Below, one piece after another: positions 22,651-31,759 of a stretch of 64,000 nt of DNA. Numbering within the stretch: position 1 is the stretch's first letter; each line of letters begins with the position of its first letter. Both the position numbers and the translations under genes were made by a program. The notes under the pieces were generated by a model. That model had not been told where the DNA came from. It saw only the letters and a list, made by a program, of their open reading frames with translations, and searched no databases. Source of the stretch: Gammaproteobacteria bacterium (GTDB lineage Bacteria; Pseudomonadota; Gammaproteobacteria; GCA-002705445; GCA-002716945); assembly GCA_038142325.1 (NCBI GenBank), contig JAYQJW010000002.1:352001-416000 (forward strand), in the 5' to 3' direction.

Positions 22651-23211
22651 ATGAATAATGATAACTCTCTACAATTTGAGTTGAATCTTGTAGATAAATA
22701 TATGACTAATCCTAATCCTGAATTAGCTGAGGTCTTAATTAAAGAGTTTTCATTTCATAAAATTAATCATACAGAGCCCTCATTAGAACTATCTCAATGG
22801 ATTATCGAAAGATCAAAAGATGCTTTAAAAAATCATAATAAAACTGCATCAATTTTTGGTTTAACAGGTGTAGGAGCAAGACCGGCTATCCATTTAAAAT
22901 ATATTTCCATGAATGTATATTGCTGGATGTCAATTTTGGATAATAGCGATCATCAACATGCATTTAATAATACTGCAAGATTATTTGGAACCGATTCAGA
23001 TTCTGTGAAAATTGCATTTGAAAGAAAGAACCATGATTTTGGTGAACGTGAATTGTGTCGTGTGGGTCTAGATTTATGTATTGCAATTCATGACATTGAA
23101 ATAACATCTCATCATAGAGAAATTGTTTTAGCCACGTTAAATGAGGAAATCGACATTCAGATGATGAAAGACTTCACTCACGACCGGGCAATGTATGATA
23201 ATTTCAAATAG
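22651..23211 (+). CDS. Hypothetical protein (186 aa)
   Basis: Long ORF in AT-rich DNA with GAGG RBS; no motif recognised. Confidence 0.6.
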   Translation: MNNDNSLQFELNLVDKYMTNPNPELAEVLIKEFSFHKINHTEPSLELSQWIIERSKDALKNHNKTASIFGLTGVGARPAIHLKYISMNVYCWMSILDNSDHQHAFNNTARLFGTDSDSVKIAFERKNHDFGERELCRVGLDLCIAIHDIEITSHHREIVLATLNEEIDIQMMKDFTHDRAMYDNFK

Positions 23212-23227
23212 ATTTAAAGAAACTTTA

Positions 23228-23383
23228 TTAGCTAATTGTGGATGTGATTAAGTAGATTAAACCAACAACAAACAAAAACGACAATGCTCCTGATAACAAG
23301 TAACTTAAATTAAGATTTAACATTTTATTATTTAATGTAACAACGGAAAAAATTAGAATCAGAAGAACAGCGATAAATTCCAT
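23228..23383 (-). CDS. Small two-TM hypothetical membrane protein (51 aa)
   Basis: Manual translation MEFIAVLLILIFSVVTLNNKMLNLNLSYLLSGALSFLFVVGLIYLITSTIS*; below the ORF-track cutoff. Confidence 0.45.
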   Translation of the reverse strand: MEFIAVLLILIFSVVTLNNKMLNLNLSYLLSGALSFLFVVGLIYLITSTIS

Positions 23384-23434
23384 ATCAACATAGTAAACTA
23401 ATTAAATATTTTTTGTTATTAGTTATCTGATTTA

Positions 23435-23658
23435 TCAGGTAAACAGATTACCTACATACTCACTCTGCTTAGTTTGAATTGGAGGACATTTGATATCTCC
23501 ATAAGAGCAAAACACGCAACAATCACCAGCTTTAGCTTTTATAACTGTTTTGCAATTTGTACATTCTAAAAAATATTGACAAAAAAAGTCGAGGGCATCG
23601 TGATAGTTTTTTCATGACTGCAGTGTGGACAAATGAGTTTAGATTTATGATTAATCAT
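23435..23658 (-). CDS. GDCCVxC-domain small Cys-rich metal-binding protein (1-bp frameshift ~23585)
   Basis: Manual translation MINHKSKLICPHCSHEKTITMP../CQYFLECTNCKTVIKAKAGDCCVFCSYGDIKCPPIQ; span is 224 nt, one short of a multiple of 3. Confidence 0.8.
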
Positions 23659-23823
23659 ATCTATAATTGTATATAAATTTAAAAATAACATTAACAAATT
23701 CGCACACTTTTCTTTACAAAATTTTATGTTTTTAAACTAATGTCAGATGTTGGGTTCAAATTGGGTCAAAATTAATTAAGGGCTAAAGCTTTGTTTTATT
23801 AAGGGCTATTTAAAGCTTGATTT

Positions 23824-23896
23824 CGTCCCCAAGGGGATTCGAACCCCTGTTGCCGCCGTGAAAGGGCAGTGTCCTAGGCCTCTAGACGATGGGGAC
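23824..23896 (-). tRNA. tRNA-Glu (anticodon TTC)
   Basis: Reverse complement GTCCCCATCGTCTAGAGGCCTAGGACACTGCCCTTTCACGGCGGCAACAGGGGTTCGAATCCCCTTGGGGACG; canonical tRNA-Glu; CCA not encoded. Confidence 0.97.
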
Positions 23897-24049
23897 TTAA
23901 ACAACTTCGAAATATTATACAGAGATATTTAATAAAAAGATAATATAAATAAGTTGAAGGTCTAAGTATATTTTAATTCAATACTATATTCGAACATTTC
24001 ATATTTTCTTCAAGATGCAGATCCTAGTTGTGTTACGATGCTCTATAAC

Positions 24050-24592
24050 ATGGCTGAAAGTAAACCTACACAGAAGTTTTGTATGTATTGTGGTTCACCC
24101 ACACAGGATAAAATCCCAGAAGGCGATAATAAAGAAAGAGCAGTATGTACAGTATGCGGCACTATTCATTATCAAAATCCAAAAATCGTCTCTGGTTGTA
24201 TACTTGAATGGGAAAATAAGATTTTATTGTGTAAAAGAGCGACAGAACCTAGAAGTGGTTTTTGGACACTTCCTGCAGGTTTTTTAGAAAATAATGAAAC
24301 TGTAGTTGAAGGCGCGTTAAGAGAAACCTTCGAAGAGGCTACTGCCAAATCTGATGAGATTAAACTCTTTTTTATGTGTGATTTAAGACATATAAGTCAG
24401 ATATATATGATGTATGTTGGAAAACTATTAGATGGTAAATACGCTCCAGGACCCGAGAGCGAAGAAGTAAGGCTATTCTCTGAATCTGATATACCCTGGG
24501 ATGACATTGCTTTTTCTGTTATTGAGAAAACTTTAAGATTATATTTTGAAGATAAGAAAAAGGGCATTTATCACTACATTTTGATACCATAG
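24050..24592 (+). CDS. Nudix hydrolase with N-terminal zinc ribbon
   Basis: FCMYCG...CTVCG.IHYQNPK; Nudix box GFLENNETVVEGALRETFEEA. Confidence 0.9.
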   Translation: MAESKPTQKFCMYCGSPTQDKIPEGDNKERAVCTVCGTIHYQNPKIVSGCILEWENKILLCKRATEPRSGFWTLPAGFLENNETVVEGALRETFEEATAKSDEIKLFFMCDLRHISQIYMMYVGKLLDGKYAPGPESEEVRLFSESDIPWDDIAFSVIEKTLRLYFEDKKKGIYHYILIP

Positions 24593-24599
24593 ATCCGAG

Positions 24600-25406
24600 A
24601 TGAAAAAATTATTCTTATTTTGTGTATTTACCTTTACAGCTACGACTGTTCTTTCTCATGATGATAATGAAGAAAGGATAAAATTTTGGAAAGAATACTA
24701 CAATCCAAAGATTGAAGCCGTAGGCAGCAGCGTTCCCTCAGTTAATATTTCTCTAATTAAAAATAAACCTTTCTATCAGGTTAAAACTAATATTAGAAAC
24801 TTTAAGTTTACTCCAGAAAAAAATATGCAAAATAATTTGTCATCAGAGGGCTATGGTAAATTATTTATAAATGGTGAATATGTAAGTAGAATTTATAGCG
24901 AATATCATTTTGTTAAAATATTGCCAGTTGGTATTAATGAAATTAAAGTTATATTAAGTTCTAACCTAGATCATGATGTTTCGTATAACGGCAAAGTAAT
25001 ATCAGATACAATTACATATCAGTTCCCAGAATATACATTTTCTGAAGCGCGCAATAAATCATATAATCAAATGATACAATGTGAATTTTCAGACTCTGGT
25101 CAAGCTCTTCTTAAAAAATTGAAAGCCAAAAATATGCTCATAACAGAATCTTCTGATCATCTTAAATGCAGATATGATGCAAGACATGACATTTTAAAAC
25201 CTTTTGTCGACAAAATGACAAGGCTACAAAGACATTATCATGAGGTAACACTTGATGCCCTATTGAAACGAATTGATGTTTGGAAAGCTCATGAGAATAA
25301 TAAGATATCATTGCAAGATGCTAGATCACAAAATCAGAAAATTGAAGACGAGATTGATATCCTTATGCAGAAAAAACTTGAACAACTTGAATCTGCGCAA
25401 AAATGA
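24600..25406 (+). CDS. Exported hypothetical protein
   Basis: Signal peptide MKKLFLFCVFTFTATTVLS; beta-rich N-domain plus helical C-domain. Confidence 0.7.
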   Translation: MKKLFLFCVFTFTATTVLSHDDNEERIKFWKEYYNPKIEAVGSSVPSVNISLIKNKPFYQVKTNIRNFKFTPEKNMQNNLSSEGYGKLFINGEYVSRIYSEYHFVKILPVGINEIKVILSSNLDHDVSYNGKVISDTITYQFPEYTFSEARNKSYNQMIQCEFSDSGQALLKKLKAKNMLITESSDHLKCRYDARHDILKPFVDKMTRLQRHYHEVTLDALLKRIDVWKAHENNKISLQDARSQNQKIEDEIDILMQKKLEQLESAQK

Positions 25407-25636
25407 ATCTTGATACATTCATAGAAGCATATACAGTAACTGCACTTGTCATGTTTCCAATTTTAGTTTTCATAGCAATTCTACTTGTAAGAGATTTGGG
25501 AAAATACTCTAAACTTTCAGAAAAAATTAATAATATATTAAAAAATCTCTCAGAAGATTTAAGCGACAAAGGTTATAAGAAAAATTCAAACGAATCTGTT
25601 CTCCAACATATTAGTAGATACATTAATAAAAAATAA
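25403..25636 (+). CDS. Small single-TM hypothetical protein
   Basis: Hydrophobic N-terminal helix; ATGA overlap with the previous gene. Confidence 0.6.
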   Translation: MNLDTFIEAYTVTALVMFPILVFIAILLVRDLGKYSKLSEKINNILKNLSEDLSDKGYKKNSNESVLQHISRYINKK

Positions 25637-26644
25637 TTATTTAATTATTAAGTTAAAGACTTTATCTGGTGTGAGATTAATCATACATAGATTGGATGGA
25701 CATTTTCTTATAGCATCTGTGTTGTAGCAAGGCGAACATTTCATATTTATATTTGCCTCTCTAATTTCATTATCACCATTTCCATAAGGGCCAGTTTCTT
25801 TAAATGGAGTAGGACCATGTAGTGATATTACTTTTTTACAACCTACACCTGCAACATGTACAGCACCACTATCATTAGCAACTGCACATTCAGCATTTTT
25901 CATTATCTCTACAAGATTAGGGATGTTGGTATTACCGCATAAATTGTGAACTCTGTGACTATCAAAATTGAGCTCATCAATAAAATCTTTCTCATTATTA
26001 TTTCCTGTGACAACAATATCAAAATCTGTTGATTGAAGAACTTTATCAATTAAATCTTGCCAGTTTTTTAATGGCCAAGCTCTGTAGCCTCTATAATTTT
26101 GTTTTTTGAATTTACTGTTTGTCGGACAACAAACTACGTATTTATTCTTAATTTGATATTCATTAAAAATATTAATACCAGAACCTTTTAAATATGGGAA
26201 TGCTTTACTACGATTTATATTCCGATAATAGGATTCAATGATCTTAAGCTGATGGTGCACTCTATGTTCATTTTTGATATCTTCTGCTACATATGTTTGA
26301 GGTACACCAACCTTCAACTTTGCATTAGTATATTTAGCTAAACTGATAAACTTTTTACCTAATTCAAGATTGATAACTGCGTCATAGGGTTTAAAAAAGG
26401 ACTTAATAACTATCTTAAGTTTATCTAAATTCAATAATAGAGGTAGTTTAGTAAATTTTACGAATATTGGTTTTATTTTTTCGTCAAATTCAAATAGATC
26501 TTTTAAATTTGGTTTTGTAACCCATTCAATCTCTAAATCTTCTTTATAGTAATCAAATAGAGGTCTTATTACAGAAGTTGAATCAATGGTATCGCCAAGC
26601 AATCCACATCTAATTATTAAAATTCTCTTCTTTTTTTTATCCAT
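25637..26644 (-). CDS. Glycosyltransferase family 9 (heptosyltransferase-like)
   Basis: IIRCGLLGD, RAWP, ANDSGAVHVA and CSPCY motifs. Confidence 0.88.
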   Translation of the reverse strand: MDKKKKRILIIRCGLLGDTIDSTSVIRPLFDYYKEDLEIEWVTKPNLKDLFEFDEKIKPIFVKFTKLPLLLNLDKLKIVIKSFFKPYDAVINLELGKKFISLAKYTNAKLKVGVPQTYVAEDIKNEHRVHHQLKIIESYYRNINRSKAFPYLKGSGINIFNEYQIKNKYVVCCPTNSKFKKQNYRGYRAWPLKNWQDLIDKVLQSTDFDIVVTGNNNEKDFIDELNFDSHRVHNLCGNTNIPNLVEIMKNAECAVANDSGAVHVAGVGCKKVISLHGPTPFKETGPYGNGDNEIREANINMKCSPCYNTDAIRKCPSNLCMINLTPDKVFNLIIK

Positions 26645-26684
26645 TAATTCGTTTAGAATATCGCAATTATAATTATATACCATC

Positions 26685-27452
26685 ATGGCTAATTGGATAA
26701 AATTCGAACATAATAATTCTCAATCATTTGGAATAGTTAATGATAATCAAATAACTGTTTATGAGGGAGATATGTTTAATAATCCAACTGAAACAGATAG
26801 TAAAATTAACTTGAGTGATGTAGTTTTAAAAAATCCTTGCCAACCCTCTAAAATGATTGCCTTATGGAATAATTATCAATCTCTTGCTAATGAAAAGGGT
26901 TTATCAAAGCCAAATAACCCACTATACCTTAACAAGGCTATTTCATGCATTATAGATCAGGGCGAAAATATTATTCGTCCAAAGAGTTACGAGGAAAGTA
27001 TTTTTTTTGAGGGCGAGCTAGGTATTGTGATTGGTAAAAAATGTAAAGATGTAACAGTAAACGATTCATCCAACTATATTTTTGGATACACATGCATCAA
27101 TGATGTAACCGCAATGGACCTCGTTAAAAAAGATCCAACATTTGATCAATGGACAAGATCTAAAAGTTATGACACATTCGGAATATTTGGTCCATGTATA
27201 GCAACAGATGTTGATCCAATGGCTCTTGAGATTACTACTACAGTGGATGGAGAAATTAAACAAAACTATAAAACTAATGATATGTTTTTCAATGTGTATG
27301 AAATTGTAAGTTTTCTATCTCATGACATGACTCTAAACCCAGGAGATATAATTGCATGCGGTACTAATTCGGGACTTGGTCCAATGAATTCAAATCAAAG
27401 TGTTACAGTTTCAATAACATCTATTGGCAAGGTAACAAATAAGCTTATTTAA
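26685..27452 (+). CDS. Fumarylacetoacetate hydrolase family protein
   Basis: FEGELGIVIGK, GYTCINDVTA, KSYDTF and TLNPGDIIACGT motifs. Confidence 0.92.
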   Translation: MANWIKFEHNNSQSFGIVNDNQITVYEGDMFNNPTETDSKINLSDVVLKNPCQPSKMIALWNNYQSLANEKGLSKPNNPLYLNKAISCIIDQGENIIRPKSYEESIFFEGELGIVIGKKCKDVTVNDSSNYIFGYTCINDVTAMDLVKKDPTFDQWTRSKSYDTFGIFGPCIATDVDPMALEITTTVDGEIKQNYKTNDMFFNVYEIVSFLSHDMTLNPGDIIACGTNSGLGPMNSNQSVTVSITSIGKVTNKLI

Positions 27453-28321
27453 CTTTTATCTTCTTTCCAAATATCTGGTGCACCCTCAGGACGCGGTTCA
27501 GGTATAGCATCAAATTCTATTTTATCTTTACCGTTATAAACCAAAAAATGCTTCCCTTTTGCTCTGCCAAGCAATGTGACATTTGTTTCTCTAGCAACAC
27601 TTAATCCCATTTCAGTGATACCTGATCTCGACAACAATGTAGGTATATTCATTTGAGCCACCTTGATTACCATTTCAGATGTTAATCTTCCCGTGGTATA
27701 AAACAATTTATCATTTCCACTTATATCATTTAGCCACATATGACCAGCGATTGCATCAACAGCATTATGCCTTCCAACATCTTCCACAAAATCTAAAATT
27801 TTATCATTGTCACATAATGCACATCCGTGAACAGCACCAGATTTTCTATAAATTTCGTTTTTATCATGAAGGAGTTTAAGAAGATGATAAATTGTCGATT
27901 GTTTAATCATAAAATCATTTACTTTATTTGATTTCAGTTCATCCATTATTCCGCCGAAAGTTGTACCTTGACCACATCCTGATGTAACAACACGATGTTT
28001 TAGTTTATTACTCACTTTGGATAGATCTAATGAATTTGTTTTTACTGCTGCTGCATTTACAGACCAGTCCACATGCACAGACTTTAGTTGCGATATATCT
28101 TCTATGATTCCTTGATTTCTTAAATAGCCAACAACCAGTGCTTCAGGGTAGTGACCAAGAGTCATAAGAGTAACTATTTCTTTTTTATCAACATAAATAG
28201 TTAAAGGTAATTCACCTGTAATAGAAAATGATCTTTCATTATTATATTCATCTACGACATTAATTTTAGCTGTATCTGGTCGTTTAGAATTAGATAAGTC
28301 TATTTTGGATTCATTACTCAT
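27449..28321 (-). CDS. fdhD: Formate dehydrogenase accessory sulfurtransferase FdhD
   Basis: TSGCGQG, GAVHGCAL, EDVGRHNAVD and TGRLTSEMV motifs. Confidence 0.95.
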   Translation of the reverse strand: MSNESKIDLSNSKRPDTAKINVVDEYNNERSFSITGELPLTIYVDKKEIVTLMTLGHYPEALVVGYLRNQGIIEDISQLKSVHVDWSVNAAAVKTNSLDLSKVSNKLKHRVVTSGCGQGTTFGGIMDELKSNKVNDFMIKQSTIYHLLKLLHDKNEIYRKSGAVHGCALCDNDKILDFVEDVGRHNAVDAIAGHMWLNDISGNDKLFYTTGRLTSEMVIKVAQMNIPTLLSRSGITEMGLSVARETNVTLLGRAKGKHFLVYNGKDKIEFDAIPEPRPEGAPDIWKEDKS

Positions 28322-28349
28322 ATGTTTTAAATTATATTACAATACAACA

Positions 28350-29264
28350 ATGATTAAGTTTATTTTTTTATTTCTATTAGTTATCTCAAGTAATATCCAT
28401 GCCGAAATAATCAAAATAACTATTCTTGGAAGCGGTACACCAAGAGTAAATATTGAAAGATTTTCACAATCTATATTAATAGAGCATAAAAATGATAAAT
28501 TTCTTTTTGATACAGGAAGGGGCGCGCTTTTAAGACTTTATCAATCTAATGTCATGCCTAATGAAATTAATAATATCTTTTTTACTCATCTACACTCAGA
28601 TCACATTCTTGGTTTTGCAGATATATTAATGACTGGCTGGGTTTATCACAGAAAACAACCTCTTAAAATATATGGTCCAGTTGGCACAAAAAATTTTGTT
28701 GATAGTACATTGAAAGCATATGAAGAAGATATAAAAGTAAGAAGCATGGCGCCTGAGAATTTAGATGTGAATGTAATTAAGTCTGATGTAAAAATTATTG
28801 ATGATGGATTTAAGTATGAGAAAAATGGTCTTACAATAGAAACATTCTCAGTTAAACATGAACCATTTACTCATGCTTTTGGATTCAAAATATTCAATGA
28901 TAAATACTGTTTGGTAATATCCGGTGATACCACTTATTCTGAGAGAGTAATAGAAAAATCAAAAAACTGCGATGTACTTATTCATGAGATAGCGCATGCG
29001 TCTAAGCATACATTAGACAAATACCCGAAAGCAAAAGGAGTTATCTCTTATCATACCAATACAAAGCAAGTAGCTGATATTATAAATAAGGTTAAACCAA
29101 GACTTACAGTGCTCAATCATGTTTTGTCATTAGATGGCTCAACCGATAATCAAATATTAGAATCAATAAAAAATAATACCAAACATAAAGTTCTTATTGC
29201 AAAAGACTTAATGACAATCGACTTAAAAGAAGAAATTTATATTTATAAGCAAAAAAACTTATGA
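28350..29264 (+). CDS. Exported MBL-fold hydrolase (RNase Z/arylsulfatase AtsA-like)
   Basis: Signal peptide MIKFIFLFLLVISSNIHA; LGSGTP, THLHSDH, ISGDT, LIHE and YHT motifs. Confidence 0.85.
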   Translation: MIKFIFLFLLVISSNIHAEIIKITILGSGTPRVNIERFSQSILIEHKNDKFLFDTGRGALLRLYQSNVMPNEINNIFFTHLHSDHILGFADILMTGWVYHRKQPLKIYGPVGTKNFVDSTLKAYEEDIKVRSMAPENLDVNVIKSDVKIIDDGFKYEKNGLTIETFSVKHEPFTHAFGFKIFNDKYCLVISGDTTYSERVIEKSKNCDVLIHEIAHASKHTLDKYPKAKGVISYHTNTKQVADIINKVKPRLTVLNHVLSLDGSTDNQILESIKNNTKHKVLIAKDLMTIDLKEEIYIYKQKNL

Positions 29265-30058
29265 CAAAAATCATTGGCATACTCAATTTAACTCTCGATA
29301 GTTTTTCTGATGGAGGTAAGTACTATGACTTTAATTCAGCAAAAAAACATATCTCAGATATGATTGAATATGGCGCTGATGTGATTGATATAGGAGCCGA
29401 ATCAACAAGATCTGGCTTCACAGATGTTGATGAAGATATACAAATAAAAACACTATCACCTGTAATTGAATACTTAAATGAACACTTTGATATTGAATTA
29501 AGTATTGACACAAGATCTAGTAAAGTTGTGAATGCATTTAAATCAAATAATGTTAATTATATTAACGATGTTTCTTCTGGAACATATGACAATAGTATGT
29601 TTGATGCAGTATCTTCCTTAGGTTGTAAATTTATACTTACGCACATGCCCAGTGAACATAAGCAAGGCACTATTAAAGAATATGAAAATATATTAGATGA
29701 GATGAAAATTTATTTTTCAGAAAGAATAGATACCTGTCTTAAAGCTGGCATTGATAACGATAAAATCATTATTGACCCGGGAATTGGATTTGGTAAATCT
29801 GGCGCTGATAATATAAAACTATTGACTAATATTAATCAACTGCAAAATATTCACCCACATGTTTGTATTGGATCGAGTAATAAAAGATTCTCATCAAAAT
29901 TATTCGATAAGGTTAAAACAAAAGAGGATTTGAAAATTGCAAATCTTGCAAGCTTTGCAACTTCTGCATTATCGAATGCTAGCTACCTCAGAGTTCATGA
30001 TGTTGAACTTACTAAAGACACAACAATGATTATTGATAAAGCAAAGAGTCTTATGTAA
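29261..30058 (+). CDS. folP: Dihydropteroate synthase
   Basis: GILNLTLDSFSDGG, DIGAESTR, IDPGIGFGK and LRVHDV motifs. Confidence 0.95.
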   Translation: MTKIIGILNLTLDSFSDGGKYYDFNSAKKHISDMIEYGADVIDIGAESTRSGFTDVDEDIQIKTLSPVIEYLNEHFDIELSIDTRSSKVVNAFKSNNVNYINDVSSGTYDNSMFDAVSSLGCKFILTHMPSEHKQGTIKEYENILDEMKIYFSERIDTCLKAGIDNDKIIIDPGIGFGKSGADNIKLLTNINQLQNIHPHVCIGSSNKRFSSKLFDKVKTKEDLKIANLASFATSALSNASYLRVHDVELTKDTTMIIDKAKSLM

Positions 30059-31757
30059 AGATTTTTAAGATTGTTTTTTGAAATGATTCTGCAAACAATT
30101 TAATATCAAGCAAGCTGGATTCCTTTAATTGCACACGCATGGTATTTTTAATTTTATTTCGCATCGTTTTATTTTCAATTAAGCTAGAGACGGTTTCTTT
30201 ATAATCATCTATATTGGTAGTGATTAATTCATCCATATTAAGGGCTTCTAGCAAACTTGCGCTAACTCTTGATGCAAAATGATTGCCTTTTAAAGTGACT
30301 AGCGTAATACAGCTTTGAATCATCTCGATTGAAGTGGTATGTCCGTTATATATGCGTGTATCTAAGGCAATATCAATATGCTGTATTCTTGATAGGTGTT
30401 CTGGATAATCTAATCTTTTGGCATAAATTATTCTTTTTAGATCAATACGATCACCTATAAAGTTATTTATATTTTTTTTCATTTCATCATTTTCATCCAA
30501 CAGCCATAGATATGTGTTGTCATGTTTTTGGATTATTTGTAGCCATATTTCAAACAAGACTGGATCCAGTTTAAATGATTGATTAAGACTACCCAAGATT
30601 AGACCATCCGCAGGAAGAACAAAGCTCTCTCTTGTTGTAATCTCTGTAATATTAACCTCACCATTATTAACCTGATAGGTGTTTGGCAGAAAAAGAAACT
30701 TTTCTTCAAAATAGTTTTGTTGTGTTCCAGGTGTTACAGTTTTATCCGTAAGCATAAAGTCATAGAGGTTGCTCCCTGTTGTGCCAGGAAATGCTAAATA
30801 CGAAATAATGAATTTTGCAGAATTATCATTCAGGATACTTTGTCTGTTGTGTGAAATAATTGTTGTTAAATCTATTAAAATATCGAGACTGTAATCGCTA
30901 AGGCACTTATTCGCATCATTATCATCAAGGCCATCAAGATCGACAAAGTCTGTAAAGTATTGAACAATTTCATTTTTTTCAGTTTGGTTGTGATTGTAAG
31001 AAAACATAAAAATAGAAAAAATTTCTTTATCTATATGCTTAAATAAATTTCTGATCAGATAGTAAGTTGGATGATTTCTTATCTCACCACATAGAAAACC
31101 TAATTTTATTTTACTTTTGGGACGGGGAAATGAATTATCCTTTTTATTATTAGATAATTGATTAGTCCAGTACTTTTAGCATTTATTTGATTCTTCTCAT
31201 TGTCCATTACGTGCGAGATATGTAGAAATGGATGCACAATAATTTTATTTTTTCTGAGCAATTCATTTGTATCTTCATAAGATGACCAATCACAAATCAA
31301 CTGTTCAATTCTTATTTTAAGTTCATATGCTTTTGCCTTATGAGATTCAACATTGATTAGATTTTTCGCTAGAACTAGAGATTCTGCATAATCTTTTTTT
31401 TCAAATAATGATAACGCTAAATTATATTTAGCATCATGGTAATCATCATTTATATCGAGTGCATTTTTTGCGTGCTCTATGCTTTTGTCATACTCACCTA
31501 ACTCTAAATAAATAAGAGATAAATTATTATTTGCAAAAGCCGAAAAATCTGAGTTTATTAAAGATAAATACATATCTATTGCCTGATCTATTTTTACCTA
31601 CAAGTTTATAGATATTTCCTAAATTTAATTTTAATTTATTTTCTTGAGGAAAATCTCTGATAGCATCATTTAATAGCTCTATGCAATCTAAGTAATTCTT
31701 GGATTGAACAAGATTTTTTATTTGTTCAATATACTCGTTGAGTGATTTTTGTTGCAA
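30051..31757 (-). CDS. TPR-repeat O-GlcNAc transferase/SPINDLY-like (GT41) protein, split by frameshifts
   Basis: N-terminal TPRs; bridging frame IGFLCGEIRNHPT; C-terminal YLAFPGTTG, NQSFKL, DIALDT..YNGHTT and FASRVSASLL. Confidence 0.8.
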
Positions 31758-31759
31758 TT

